A program made the translations under genes and the position numbers. Below the pieces are notes generated by a model. That model saw nothing but the letters and a program-made list of their open reading frames with translations, was not told where the DNA came from and searched no databases. From Flavobacteriales bacterium (lineage in GTDB: Bacteria > Bacteroidota > Bacteroidia > Flavobacteriales > Flavobacteriaceae), in the NCBI GenBank assembly GCA_026985675.1, contig JALSPZ010000109.1:1-45092 (forward strand): DNA of 45,092 nucleotides. The letters are read 5' to 3'. Positions 20,001 through 28,874 of this stretch are shown one piece after another. Position 1 is the first letter of the stretch; every line of letters starts with the position of its first letter.

Positions 20001-20095
20001 GATTATTGGAAGAGTTGAAAACATTGCCTAGTGTGGTTTATATGACTAAAGTAAGAAACAAGGATGAACAAACCGCACATCATACAGAAGCTTAA
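17021..20095 (+). CDS. actB: ACIII subunit ActB (Tat-variant molybdopterin-oxidoreductase-like plus 4Fe-4S ferredoxin domain)
   Basis: The start is taken at MKKYWRSLEELD (17021), because the track ORF start at 16952 overlaps actA. There is a Tat-like RRDFLKLLG motif. The C-terminal half carries multiple Cys clusters (CTGCSACIIAC, CQHCDNAPCENVCP, CIGTRYCMANCP, CTMC...CEQACP). Confidence 0.9.
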   Translation: MKKYWRSLEELDAVKNSEALEPTVEFPTDGLSKEEITNKVVSNRRDFLKLLGFSTAYAVAATSCQQPVRKVIPYLQRPEGVTPGVASHYASTLFTTDDYASIVVKVRDGRPIKIEGNKLSKITQGGTNARMQAAVLDLYDTARLQYPVKNGKKTTWKTVDAEITKKLEETAAAGEKIIILASTVISPSTKKLFEDFKTKYPTTEVVYLDPVSYAAIIDANEASFGKAAIPSYHFDKANVIVGFNADFLGTWLSPVQFSADYAKTRDLTTGKTEMSRHYQFETLMSLTGSNADYRTIIKPAQEKKLLIKLYNAIAAATGNATIKELPCEIKLDKVVKELLANKGKSLVVSGTNDKAIQLLVNGINNMLGNYGNTLDIQKETLLKQGRDSQVHQAFTDMKDGKAGAVIFYNTNPVYTCPNGKKKAEIIKKLKLSVAISDKIDETAKNTQYVLPDSNFLESWNDAEPIKGSFSLGQPTINKLWDTRQAQEGFMKWAGIDGSYYEYIKKYWHENILPKKEVANDENTDETNEAIKDFASGWTKALQDGVYEVEVTGDAPAFNPTSITDNIDLITNFKKPEGLSLTVYESVGMGTGLYANNPWLQELPDPITKVTWDNYVAVSPKLAKEKGWKQEDVVKVKTKNYEVELPVLIQPGQESSTVAIKLGYGRTEAGPIAEQTGGANAAGFIYAKEGYRQYTGIPVEVTATGKTYELAQTQTHDVMEGRGSIIARETTLKEWQKDKHSGNEAHVFFKDKLEHVNLYKKGYNEDHYVGHHWGLAIDYNKCTGCSACIIACQVENNIAIVGKEQVKRRRNMHWLRVDRYYSTGEDKLYATPEENPEVFYQPIMCQHCDNAPCENVCPVAATPHTNEGLNSMAYNRCIGTRYCMANCPYKVRRFNWFNFVEGGDYNYLFNDEVKRMVLNPDVVVRQRGVVEKCTMCIQRIQEGKLKAKTEGRELRDGEIEVACEQACPSNAIVFGDTNMDGARIIKLFQDERSYGLLEELKTLPSVVYMTKVRNKDEQTAHHTEA

Positions 20096-20120
20096 CCAAA
20101 ATAATTAAAAAAATTCAATT

Positions 20121-21527
20121 ATGTATAAAAAAGAAGTCAGAGGTGAATTGATATTAGGTAATAAAACTTATGGTGATATTACCAATGATATATTGAGGTC
20201 ACAAGAAACAAAAGCTCCCCTTTGGTGGTGGATAGCTTTTGGTATTTTCTTTGTTTTGATGTCCATTGGCCTGGGGTATTATGTTCCTTTAACTATTGCA
20301 AAAGGAATTGGAATGTGGGGAAATAACAACCAAGTCGTATGGGGATGGGCAATTATTAACTTTGTATGGTGGATTGGTATCGGACACGCCGGTACGGCTT
20401 TTTCCATTTTCTTATTGGTATTCCGTCAAAAATGGAGAACATCTATCAACCGTGCTGCCGAAGCAATGACAGTGTTTGCCGTATTGGCAGCCGGATTATT
20501 TCCTGCTATTCACGTGGGACGTCCTTGGGATGAATTCTTTATTTTTCCTTATGGACCTAATTCACGCGGATTATGGGTAAACTTTAACTCACCTTTATTG
20601 TGGGATGTATTTGCAATTACCACTTATTTAACAACATCGGCTATCTTCTGGTATATTGGAATGTTACCTGATTTTGCGACGGTTGCCGAACGCTCCAAAG
20701 GATTGAAAAAGAAAATTTTCCGTTCACTCAGTTTAGGATGGGTTGGAAAAATGTCATCTTGGCGTAAGTTTGAAGATACATTGGTAATATTGGGAGGTTT
20801 GGCTATGCCTTTGGTAATTGCCGTTCACTCTATTGTATCTACGGACTTTTCTGCCGGTGTATTACCCGGTTGGCACGAAACCATATTCCCGCCTTTCTTT
20901 GTTGTAGGAGCAATTTTCTCGGGATTTAGTATGGTGGTTACTTTGATGGTTGTAATTCGCTTAATGTTTAAATTGGAAGATTATGTAACGGACGATCACT
21001 TTGACGCAATTGCACGTATCATTACTTTTGTGAGTTTGATTATGGGTTCTGCATATTTGATTGAGTTGTTTATCGCTTGGTATTCAGGTAATACATTTGA
21101 ACAATATGTGTTTGATGAAAATTATTTAAAAGGACATTATGCTGCCCCTTATTGGTGGATGTTGATATTCAATGCTTTCTTGCCTCAATTGTTCTGGTTT
21201 AAGAAAGTAAGACGCAATTTATTATTGATTTTCCTAATTACAATTGGAGTTAATATCGGGATGTGGTTGGAAAGATACAATATAGTAGTTCCTCCAATGG
21301 CAGAAGATTTCTTGCCTGCAGGATGGTTTAAGTATGCCCCAACAATTGTTGATAAATGGGTATATTTGGGAACGATAGGTTTATTTGGAGTAGGAGTATT
21401 GTTGTTCATCAGATTTATACCGATGATGGCAATGAACGAATTGAAACAACAAGCCAAACGACATACCGAATTAAAACCCAGTGCAGGTGAATATATAGCA
21501 TATAAAAAAATTATAGAAGATGAGTAG
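20121..21527 (+). CDS. actC: ACIII subunit ActC (NrfD/PsrC-family quinol-interacting membrane subunit)
   Basis: 468-aa polytopic membrane ORF with NrfD-like features (WGWAIINFVWWIGIGHAGT), in the position expected after actB. Confidence 0.9.
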   Translation: MYKKEVRGELILGNKTYGDITNDILRSQETKAPLWWWIAFGIFFVLMSIGLGYYVPLTIAKGIGMWGNNNQVVWGWAIINFVWWIGIGHAGTAFSIFLLVFRQKWRTSINRAAEAMTVFAVLAAGLFPAIHVGRPWDEFFIFPYGPNSRGLWVNFNSPLLWDVFAITTYLTTSAIFWYIGMLPDFATVAERSKGLKKKIFRSLSLGWVGKMSSWRKFEDTLVILGGLAMPLVIAVHSIVSTDFSAGVLPGWHETIFPPFFVVGAIFSGFSMVVTLMVVIRLMFKLEDYVTDDHFDAIARIITFVSLIMGSAYLIELFIAWYSGNTFEQYVFDENYLKGHYAAPYWWMLIFNAFLPQLFWFKKVRRNLLLIFLITIGVNIGMWLERYNIVVPPMAEDFLPAGWFKYAPTIVDKWVYLGTIGLFGVGVLLFIRFIPMMAMNELKQQAKRHTELKPSAGEYIAYKKIIEDE

Positions 21528-22023
21528 ATTAATAGCTGTTTATAACGACGATAAAAAATTAATGGAGGCAGCCGACAAATTGGTCGAGATACATGCCCCG
21601 GTTGAAGAAGTAATAACACCTTTTGTTATAGAAGAGCTTTTACATAAATTCCATGTAAAATCTAATATCCCTTTATTAGCTTTCTTTTATGGAACTATTG
21701 GATTGATAAGTGTATTTGCTGCGTTGTATTATACATTTGTTATTGATTATCCATTGAATATCGGAGGAAAACCTAATTTAAGTTTGACTTTTCCTGTTTT
21801 GTTATTCATTGGAACCGTATTGATAACCGTGCTTACAACTGTTGCTACATTTTTTCATCAAGATCGTTTATATCCATGGAAAAAACCTGAATTTGAATAT
21901 CCCGGAATGAATGATGATAAAATGATTGTTTTGATTGATAAGTCAAAATTAAATGATAAAATGAAGCAAATGGTACAACAGATTTTTGAAGAAACAGGAG
22001 CTCTCAAAGTAGAAGAAGTTTAA
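21520..22023 (+). CDS. actD: ACIII subunit ActD (DUF3341 membrane protein)
   Basis: 167-aa ORF overlapping the actC stop by 8 nt. It has a soluble N-terminus and two TM helices, matching the size and position of ActD. Confidence 0.8.
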   Translation: MSRLIAVYNDDKKLMEAADKLVEIHAPVEEVITPFVIEELLHKFHVKSNIPLLAFFYGTIGLISVFAALYYTFVIDYPLNIGGKPNLSLTFPVLLFIGTVLITVLTTVATFFHQDRLYPWKKPEFEYPGMNDDKMIVLIDKSKLNDKMKQMVQQIFEETGALKVEEV

Positions 22024-22042
22024 CAATAAAGTGATATCAATT

Positions 22043-22612
22043 ATGAAAAAATATATAGTATTAATTTTTACAAGTGCATTGTTTTTGACCGCTTGTAATC
22101 ATAATCCGGAAAAAACATATTGGGACTATATGGGTGATTTTGATATGTATTATTCAAAAGCATATGAAAGTTATTCACCCAACAAATATCTCAAAGACGG
22201 GACAACTCTTCAAGAGCCGGTTCAAGGAACGGTTTCAAGAGAATTCATCCCTTATCCATTTAAAGATAAGTTTGGAGATAAAGTAAAAGCCGGAAAGTTG
22301 TTAAAGAATCCTTTTCAACCCACCAAAGAAAATTTGGAAAGAGGAAAAATGAAGTATAATATTTATTGTGCGGTTTGTCATGGACAAAATGGAAAAGGTA
22401 ATGGTCCATTGACTAAATTGAAGAGAAACGGTAAGAAAATTTATCCGGTTCCGCCGGCGGATTTAACTTCGGATTTTATTAAGCAAAAACCCGATGGTGA
22501 AATTTATCATGTGATTACAATGGGTTCAGCTGTTATGGGAGCCCATGCATCTCAAATTAAACCGGATGATAGATGGAAAATTGTTCTTTATATTAAGAAC
22601 GGTTTAAAGTAA
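22043..22612 (+). CDS. actE: ACIII subunit ActE (monohaem cytochrome c lipoprotein)
   Basis: The ATG at 22043 gives MKKYIVLIFTSALFLTAC with a lipobox, whereas the track start at 22031 is a GTG. It has a single CAVCH haem motif and a distal Met region (ITMGSAVMGAH). Confidence 0.8.
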   Translation: MKKYIVLIFTSALFLTACNHNPEKTYWDYMGDFDMYYSKAYESYSPNKYLKDGTTLQEPVQGTVSREFIPYPFKDKFGDKVKAGKLLKNPFQPTKENLERGKMKYNIYCAVCHGQNGKGNGPLTKLKRNGKKIYPVPPADLTSDFIKQKPDGEIYHVITMGSAVMGAHASQIKPDDRWKIVLYIKNGLK

Positions 22613-22626
22613 AATAACTTAAAATT

Positions 22627-23856
22627 ATGACCATGAAAAAAAGATTTGAATTTTCAAAAAAATTAAAAATAACATCGGCTGTATTGGTTATCATAGGTTT
22701 GATTACCGGATTTATGGCTTATACACAGGATACCGGAAGATTTTGGACCAATATACTTTTTAGCAATTATTTCTTTTTGTTATTGGCGCTTGGAGCTGCA
22801 TTTTGGATGTCGCTACAATATATAGCCGAAGCCGGTTGGTCCGCTGCTTTCAAAAGAGTTCCCGAAATGATGTCTTGTTATTTGGGACCGGCTTTTGTAG
22901 CTATGTTAGCATTGGTGTTCCTAGGAATAAAATATGTTTATCCTTGGGCTAATCCCGAATACCATATTGAAGATTTTAATAAATATCCTGAGTTCAAAGA
23001 GATATTGGAACATAAAGAACCTTATCTAAATATTTCTAGTTTTATTATCAGGACCATAATTTATTTTGTTATATGGTTCGGGACTACCGGAATTTTGAGA
23101 TATTTATCTAAAAAAGAAGATGCTAATAAACCGGAAGCACTAAAATGGTTTGAAAAAAGCCGTTTTTATTCAAAAGTATATATCTTTGCTTTGGCAGGTA
23201 CAATTATCTTTGCCGGTTTTGACTATCTGATGTCTATTGAACCGTTTTGGTATAGTACTTTGTTTAGTGTAAAGGAATTGATTTCAGGATTTTTTCATGC
23301 TTCTGCTTTAATAATCATCTTTATATACTTCTTATATAAATCAGGGTATTATCCGTTTATGAATTCTTCTCATTGGCATGATTTCTCCAAATATTTATTT
23401 ATGGGTTCTATACTTTTTGCTTATGCTTGGTATTTTCAATATATGTTGATTTGGTATGGCAATATACCCGAAGAAGGAGAATATTATTTCCTTAGAAGAT
23501 TTCATTTTTCTGAACCTCTATTTGTATTGGATATAGCTATTAATTTCTTTATTCCGTTTTTAATTTTGTTACCAAACAAATTGGCTAAAAATCCCAAAGT
23601 TTTGGTTTTTGTTGCCTTTTTAATTATGTTTGGATATTTCTTGGATGTATATTTGGCTGTATTCCCTCCTTTGGTGCATACTTTTGCGGGAGTAGAACAT
23701 ACACAACCGGTATTTGGAATTTATGAAATAGGAATTTTCTTAGGTTTCTTGGGATTATTCTTATTTGTAGTACTTAGAATGTTATCTAAACGAATTTTAT
23801 TACCTATAAATCATCCATATTTAGAAGAAAGTATTATGCACCACAATGTACATTAG
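22627..23856 (+). CDS. actF: ACIII subunit ActF (second NrfD-like membrane subunit; quinol:cytochrome c oxidoreductase)
   Basis: 409-aa polytopic membrane ORF and the last gene of the act cluster. A strong terminator follows it. Confidence 0.8.
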   Translation: MTMKKRFEFSKKLKITSAVLVIIGLITGFMAYTQDTGRFWTNILFSNYFFLLLALGAAFWMSLQYIAEAGWSAAFKRVPEMMSCYLGPAFVAMLALVFLGIKYVYPWANPEYHIEDFNKYPEFKEILEHKEPYLNISSFIIRTIIYFVIWFGTTGILRYLSKKEDANKPEALKWFEKSRFYSKVYIFALAGTIIFAGFDYLMSIEPFWYSTLFSVKELISGFFHASALIIIFIYFLYKSGYYPFMNSSHWHDFSKYLFMGSILFAYAWYFQYMLIWYGNIPEEGEYYFLRRFHFSEPLFVLDIAINFFIPFLILLPNKLAKNPKVLVFVAFLIMFGYFLDVYLAVFPPLVHTFAGVEHTQPVFGIYEIGIFLGFLGLFLFVVLRMLSKRILLPINHPYLEESIMHHNVH

Positions 23857-23980
23857 AGGTTAAAGTGATAGATTTTATTTTGTTAGATGTTTGGATAGAC
23901 ATTGCAATAAAATAATTAATTAGGAAATTTTTTACTCCGAAATGAGTTTATATCATTAGAAGATACATTTAGTAATAAAA

Positions 23981-24009
23981 AAGTCGCTTGTGAAGTAAGC
24001 GACTTTTTT
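23981..24009 (+). terminator. Rho-independent terminator ending the act operon
   Basis: 9-bp stem AAGTCGCTT (23981-23989) / AAGCGACTT (23997-24005) with loop GTGAAGT and a T-run to 24009. It is preceded by an A-run. Confidence 0.8.
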
Positions 24010-24030
24010 ATTGGCATAATTTTGGAAATA

Positions 24031-24046
24031 TAAATTTGTATATTTG
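24031..24046 (+). promoter_or_regulatory. Tandem candidate -7 boxes upstream of the SPOR gene
   Basis: TAAATTTG (24031-24038) is immediately followed by TATATTTG (24039-24046), and both match TAnnTTTG exactly. They lie 18-26 nt upstream of the ATG at 24065. They overlap the TTG start at 24044 used by the ORF track, which argues against that start. Confidence 0.4.
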
Positions 24047-24064
24047 CATATCAAACCATTTATT

Positions 24065-24445
24065 ATGAAATACTTTTTTTTATTTGCTTTTATTTTTTCA
24101 ATCAAATTTTCTTCTGCTCAAACAGATACCCAAAACAGATTTATCGTTACCGATAAGGTAAATAAATTATTAGAAGAAAGGTATCAGTGTAGTGTGAATA
24201 ATAAAATTAAGACAAAAAATTACCATATTCAAATTTATAATGGTTATAACCTTAACAAAGCCAAATCTGTAAAAAATGAATTTTTAAATAAATTCCCAGA
24301 TATTCCTGTGGTAATAGAATGGGAAAATCCCGAGTTTAAGGTTTGGGTAGGCATTTATGAAAATAAACTCTCGGCTGATAGAGCCTTAATGCATCTAAAA
24401 AAAGCGTATCCTAATGCTTTTATTGTAAATCCTAAGAAAAGATAA
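24065..24445 (+). CDS. SPOR domain-containing protein
   Basis: MKYFFLFAFIFSIKFSSAQ is a signal peptide. The C-terminal ~75 aa (YHIQIYNGYNLNKAKSVKNEF...FKVWVGIYENKLSADRALMHLKKAYPNAFIV) fit the SPOR peptidoglycan-binding fold pattern. Confidence 0.75.
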   Translation: MKYFFLFAFIFSIKFSSAQTDTQNRFIVTDKVNKLLEERYQCSVNNKIKTKNYHIQIYNGYNLNKAKSVKNEFLNKFPDIPVVIEWENPEFKVWVGIYENKLSADRALMHLKKAYPNAFIVNPKKR

Positions 24446-24448
24446 TTT

Positions 24449-25714
24449 TTACCAGTCTTCTTTTCGGTGTGCATCAAATTTCAGAAATAAAAATAATAAA
24501 ATTGTAAATGCCCAAAGTGATGAACCTCCGTAACTGACAAAAGGCAGGGGAATTCCTATGGTGGGAAAGATACCCAAGACCATCAAAAGATTTAATGAAA
24601 AATGGATAAATAAAATGCTCAAAAGTCCATAACCGACAATTCTCGAAAATTTTTGTTTTTGTCTTTCGGCTAAAAAAAGAATTCGATAGAGTAGAGCTAA
24701 ATACAATGTAATCAGTAGGATACCCCCGACAAATCCCCATCGTTCGCCAATAACAGTAAAAATCCAATCAGTATGTTGTTCGGGGATAAAGTATCCTTTG
24801 GTTTGCGTGCTCATATTTAATCCTTTGCCGGTAAGTCCACCCGAACCAATAGCGATAAGTGCTTGTTTTAGGTTATATCCAGTACCTCTGTCATCTTTTT
24901 TCTTTCCCAAGACAATTTCAATTCTATTTCGTTGATGTGGTTTAAGCACTTTTCGAAAAATAATATCTGTCGAAAAAATAGTTAAATAAGTAATGGCTAA
25001 AAAAATGGAAGTTTTAAGCAAAAGTGTTTTTTTTAATTTAAAATAATAAATAAGATTCAGAATAATATATAATAGTGTAAAAATGATAAGTATGGTATTT
25101 TTGCCCCAATAAATAGTCAAGATAAATAAGCTTGATAAATAAAAGATTATGAGATAGTATTTTAAATCGATACCTTCACGATATAAAACCAAAAACAAGG
25201 AAAGAAAAACTATGGCCGAACCTAAATCCGGTTGCATTAGTATAAGTAAAACAGGAGCAAAAATAAGCAAAGTAGCTTTTGCAAAATCTTTTAAGCGATT
25301 TATATTGAAATCAATGTCCGAAAGTAGCGCTGCAAGTCCTAATACGGTTGTAACTTTAACAAACTCAGCCGGCTGAATACTAAAATTTCCAAATCGGAAC
25401 CAAGATTTGTTACCATTAATATTAGCACCAAAAATTAAAACTAAAATTAAACTCAACAATCCGGCTAAATATATAATTGAAGATAAATTTTTAATTTTTT
25501 TTATTGACACAAAACCAATAGCAATAATAATCAGCATACTTATACTTGCCCAAAGTATTTGCTTACTATAAAAATTATTGATAAAATGGGTTTTTAAATT
25601 GTTATATTCCGTCGAATAAATACTTAAAATACCAATGATTACAAGACCGACAAAAAGGATGATGCTCACCCAATCGTAATCGGTGATATTTACCCTACGG
25701 TTTTTAGTTCTCAT
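24449..25714 (-). CDS. rodA: Rod shape-determining protein RodA (FtsW/RodA/SpoVE family glycosyltransferase)
   Basis: 421-aa polytopic ORF with SEDS-family motifs (QPAEFVK, LQPDLG-like MQPDLGSA, PEQHTDWIF, PLPFVSYGGSS). It is the last gene of the mre/mrd operon. Confidence 0.9.
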   Translation of the reverse strand: MRTKNRRVNITDYDWVSIILFVGLVIIGILSIYSTEYNNLKTHFINNFYSKQILWASISMLIIIAIGFVSIKKIKNLSSIIYLAGLLSLILVLIFGANINGNKSWFRFGNFSIQPAEFVKVTTVLGLAALLSDIDFNINRLKDFAKATLLIFAPVLLILMQPDLGSAIVFLSLFLVLYREGIDLKYYLIIFYLSSLFILTIYWGKNTILIIFTLLYIILNLIYYFKLKKTLLLKTSIFLAITYLTIFSTDIIFRKVLKPHQRNRIEIVLGKKKDDRGTGYNLKQALIAIGSGGLTGKGLNMSTQTKGYFIPEQHTDWIFTVIGERWGFVGGILLITLYLALLYRILFLAERQKQKFSRIVGYGLLSILFIHFSLNLLMVLGIFPTIGIPLPFVSYGGSSLWAFTILLFLFLKFDAHRKEDW

Positions 25715-27563
25715 GAAATTTCATTTTATAAATATCTTCCAAATTTATATCTAGAATACGGTTTAATAAATCTTTTCTCGAAATTTTTCCTGTTACATAT
25801 TTATCAATAATTAAACTGGCAATAGGAGCTGCTATTGTTGCTCCGTATCCGCCATTTTCAATAAAAACCGCAACGGCAATTTTAGGGTTATTTTTAGGTC
25901 CAAAAGCCACAAAAATTGAATGGTCGGGTAATTTTATCACTTTACCATCAATTTTTATTTTATTTTCGCTGGTACCGGTTTTTCCACAGAGTTCTAAATT
26001 TTTCAACCTACTGTATTTAGCGGTTCCCTGGGTATAAACCTTTGCCATATCATCGATAACAGGAGAAAAATATATGGAGTCTATCCCGGTATAGTTTTTA
26101 GTCTGAAAACGCTGATCAATGGGAATTTTTCCATGGTCAATTTCTTTTATTATATGTGGAGTGTAATAGAATCCTTTGTTAGAAATAGCAGTCATTACAT
26201 TGGCAAGTTGTATGGGAGTAGTGGATACTTCACCTTGACCGATCCCGTTAGAAAGCGTATATGTGCTTCCCCATCTGTTTTTCCCATAATATCGGTCATA
26301 GAATTTTGAATCGGGGATAAACCCTTTGGAACCGACTGGCAAATCGGTATTTAAATATTTGCCCAATCCGAATTGTTTAACCCGGTTCGACCAATTATCC
26401 ATTCCTTTAGCAGGATTCTCGTATTTATCAATGATTTTCATATAGGAATTGGCAAAATAAGTATTGCAGGATTTAATAATAGCCCAAGGGAGTTTTACTT
26501 TTCTTCCGTTAGCACCACAATGGCAAAACATATGAGCTTTTCTTCCATATTTAAAACCATGATTACAACGATAAGAGGTGTTGGATTGGATAACTCCTTC
26601 TTGTAAACCGATTAGTGCAGTGATAAGTTTAAACGGAGAACCGGGTGGATAAGCTCCTTGCAATCCTCTATCCAATAAAGGACGGTTTTGTTTATCTCTA
26701 AATAGTTTATTGAAATTTTTGGAACTATTTCTACCGCTAAGAAATTCGGGAGGAAAACTTGGAGCAGTAACCAGTGCTAAAATTTCTCCGGTTTGAGGTT
26801 CTATGGCAACTATTGCTCCTCTTTTTCCGACCATTAAGCTATCGGCAAATTCTTGAAGTTTTATATCGATACTAATTTTAAGATCTTTTCCCGCAATAGC
26901 GGATGTATCCATAGCTCCTTTTTTATAATTTTCAATTTTTCTATTGAATTTATCCGTTAAAAAAAATTTGACTCCTTTCCGACCACGCAATATTTTTTCA
27001 TAAGCTTTTTCCACACCTGCTTTACCTATCAAATCTCCGGACATATAGAACGGATCGTTTTTTATTTCAACTGGATTAACTTCCCGAATAAATCCTAATA
27101 CATTTGCGGCAGATTTTGTGTGATATTTTCTAATGGAACGTTTTTGAATAAAAAAGCCCGGAAAATCCAAAATGTTTTCGGCAAATAATGCGATTTCATT
27201 TTTATATAATTTGGGCACGATTAGAGAAGCTTTGTTGTAGGAATAAGCTTTAGCTTTTTTTAAATTGGAAATTAATTTTTTTTTATCTATGCCGGTTAAT
27301 TCTAAAAATTTAAGGGTATCAAAAGCTTTTATCTGCTTAGGGATAGCCATAATATCATAAACTTGGAGATTGCTTACCAATAATTTTCCATTTCGATCAT
27401 AAATATAACCGCGTTCCGGTATGACATATTCCTTTTTTAGTGCGTTTCTTAAAGACAAATCGTGGTATTTATTGTCTATTATTTGTAAATAAAATAATCT
27501 AAGGCTTATAATCAAACCTATTAGAAAAATTAGAAACCCTATGACAAATGCTTTTTGTTTCAT
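25704..27563 (-). CDS. mrdA: Penicillin-binding protein 2 (MrdA transpeptidase)
   Basis: 619-aa ORF with an N-terminal TM anchor and transpeptidase motifs SPFK (SxxK) and KTGT. It overlaps rodA by 11 nt. Confidence 0.92.
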   Translation of the reverse strand: MKQKAFVIGFLIFLIGLIISLRLFYLQIIDNKYHDLSLRNALKKEYVIPERGYIYDRNGKLLVSNLQVYDIMAIPKQIKAFDTLKFLELTGIDKKKLISNLKKAKAYSYNKASLIVPKLYKNEIALFAENILDFPGFFIQKRSIRKYHTKSAANVLGFIREVNPVEIKNDPFYMSGDLIGKAGVEKAYEKILRGRKGVKFFLTDKFNRKIENYKKGAMDTSAIAGKDLKISIDIKLQEFADSLMVGKRGAIVAIEPQTGEILALVTAPSFPPEFLSGRNSSKNFNKLFRDKQNRPLLDRGLQGAYPPGSPFKLITALIGLQEGVIQSNTSYRCNHGFKYGRKAHMFCHCGANGRKVKLPWAIIKSCNTYFANSYMKIIDKYENPAKGMDNWSNRVKQFGLGKYLNTDLPVGSKGFIPDSKFYDRYYGKNRWGSTYTLSNGIGQGEVSTTPIQLANVMTAISNKGFYYTPHIIKEIDHGKIPIDQRFQTKNYTGIDSIYFSPVIDDMAKVYTQGTAKYSRLKNLELCGKTGTSENKIKIDGKVIKLPDHSIFVAFGPKNNPKIAVAVFIENGGYGATIAAPIASLIIDKYVTGKISRKDLLNRILDINLEDIYKMKFHEN

Positions 27564-28063
27564 TTATTTTCGCGTATCAAGAATAAATATTCAATAAAAA
27601 TTATAAAAAACAAGCTAAAAAATGTATTGATAAAAATATATGGAAGTCTGGAAATTACAAAACTAATTTGAAAGGATTGTAATAAAGCTATTAGAAATAT
27701 ACCTATGAAAATGTATATAACATAATAAATAATTTTTTTAAAAAAATCCAATTCAAAAAGATTATTTACGGGCTTTTTCCCGGGTTTATCTAAATACCAG
27801 AAAAAAATCTTTTTTGTATAAACTATAAAAACACTTACAGCAGTAAAAACACCACCCGTATGAATTATAATATCCAAAAATAATCCGCTAAAAAAAGCTA
27901 AAAAAAGTTGTAAATTTTCATTTTTATCAGGAGGTAATATAAGCAGAGGATACAAAAAAATTATGGGAGTAATATATCCCAGTAGTTTAATATGATTAAA
28001 CCATAATATTTGCAACAGTAAAAAAAATAGTAATAATAATATGTATTTGAAATTAAAATTCAT
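27560..28063 (-). CDS. mreD: Rod shape-determining protein MreD
   Basis: 167-aa highly hydrophobic ORF between mreC and mrdA, overlapping both neighbours. The call rests mainly on position and topology. Confidence 0.75.
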   Translation of the reverse strand: MNFNFKYILLLLFFLLLQILWFNHIKLLGYITPIIFLYPLLILPPDKNENLQLFLAFFSGLFLDIIIHTGGVFTAVSVFIVYTKKIFFWYLDKPGKKPVNNLFELDFFKKIIYYVIYIFIGIFLIALLQSFQISFVISRLPYIFINTFFSLFFIIFIEYLFLIRENK

Positions 28064-28862
28064 CTAAGGAATCTTTTAATTGTTCATATTCTTTTGCTAA
28101 ACTATTTTTCAAAATATAAGCATAATCCAAACCGGTAAAATCTTCAAAAGTTTTAATTTTTATTTGATAAATCTTACTGTCATTGGATTTTTTAATATTA
28201 ATAATTTTTCCTACGGGTATTCCTTTGGGAAAGATATTTGAGTTTCCGGCAGTTACTATTGTATCATTTACCCGTATAAGTGTTTCAAAGGGTAAATCTG
28301 TAATATTCAATATATTAGCTTCTTTTCCATCCCATTTTAAAAAACCGAATTGATTGGAATGTTTCGGACTGACGCTGATCATATTTTTTCGGTTAAGTAT
28401 GCTCAATACCGCAGTATAATGAGGAGAAACTTTTAATGTTATTCCAATAATTCCTTTTGATCCTATAACACCCATCTTTGGTTTTATACCGTCTTTTGAT
28501 CCTTTGTTTAACAAAACAATGTTATTAATCATTTGATATTGGTTAGTAAGTACAAAAGCAGGAATTACATCAAGTGAATCCCAAATGTTTTTGGAATAAT
28601 TTATATGGTTTTGGTTTAATAGTTTTTTATGAAGTTCGGCATTTTCTTCCAAAAGTTTTAAATTATCATCAGCTAGACTAGTATATTTATTAAAGCTATT
28701 TATTTTGGAATTATAAAATCCCGAAATTTCGGTTTTAATATCGTTGGTTTGATATTTTAGATATAAATTATTATTAAGAATAAGTATAAATGCTATAAAT
28801 TCCATTCCCAGAAATAACAAAAGGCTATTTCTTGCCAGTAAGAATTTTATCAATTTAAGCAT
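28053..28862 (-). CDS. mreC: Rod shape-determining protein MreC
   Basis: 269-aa ORF with an N-terminal TM helix, a coiled-coil segment and the MreC beta-barrel pattern (VTAGNSNIFPKGIPVGKI). Confidence 0.85.
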   Translation of the reverse strand: MLKLIKFLLARNSLLLFLGMEFIAFILILNNNLYLKYQTNDIKTEISGFYNSKINSFNKYTSLADDNLKLLEENAELHKKLLNQNHINYSKNIWDSLDVIPAFVLTNQYQMINNIVLLNKGSKDGIKPKMGVIGSKGIIGITLKVSPHYTAVLSILNRKNMISVSPKHSNQFGFLKWDGKEANILNITDLPFETLIRVNDTIVTAGNSNIFPKGIPVGKIINIKKSNDSKIYQIKIKTFEDFTGLDYAYILKNSLAKEYEQLKDSLDEF

Positions 28863-28874
28863 TTAATAAATTTT

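Noticed and set aside
21185-21619. 144-aa ORF antisense to the actC/actD junction. Similar long antisense ORFs occur at 2621-3025 in mfd, 30631-31026 in the ABC permease, 16558-16902 in actA, 493-804, 19001-19282 and 42716-42991.
   Set aside because: Each lies entirely inside a confidently identified gene on the other strand. Their products are low-complexity, with no recognisable motifs and no promoter-like context. They are typical shadow ORFs in the stop-poor antisense frame of real genes.
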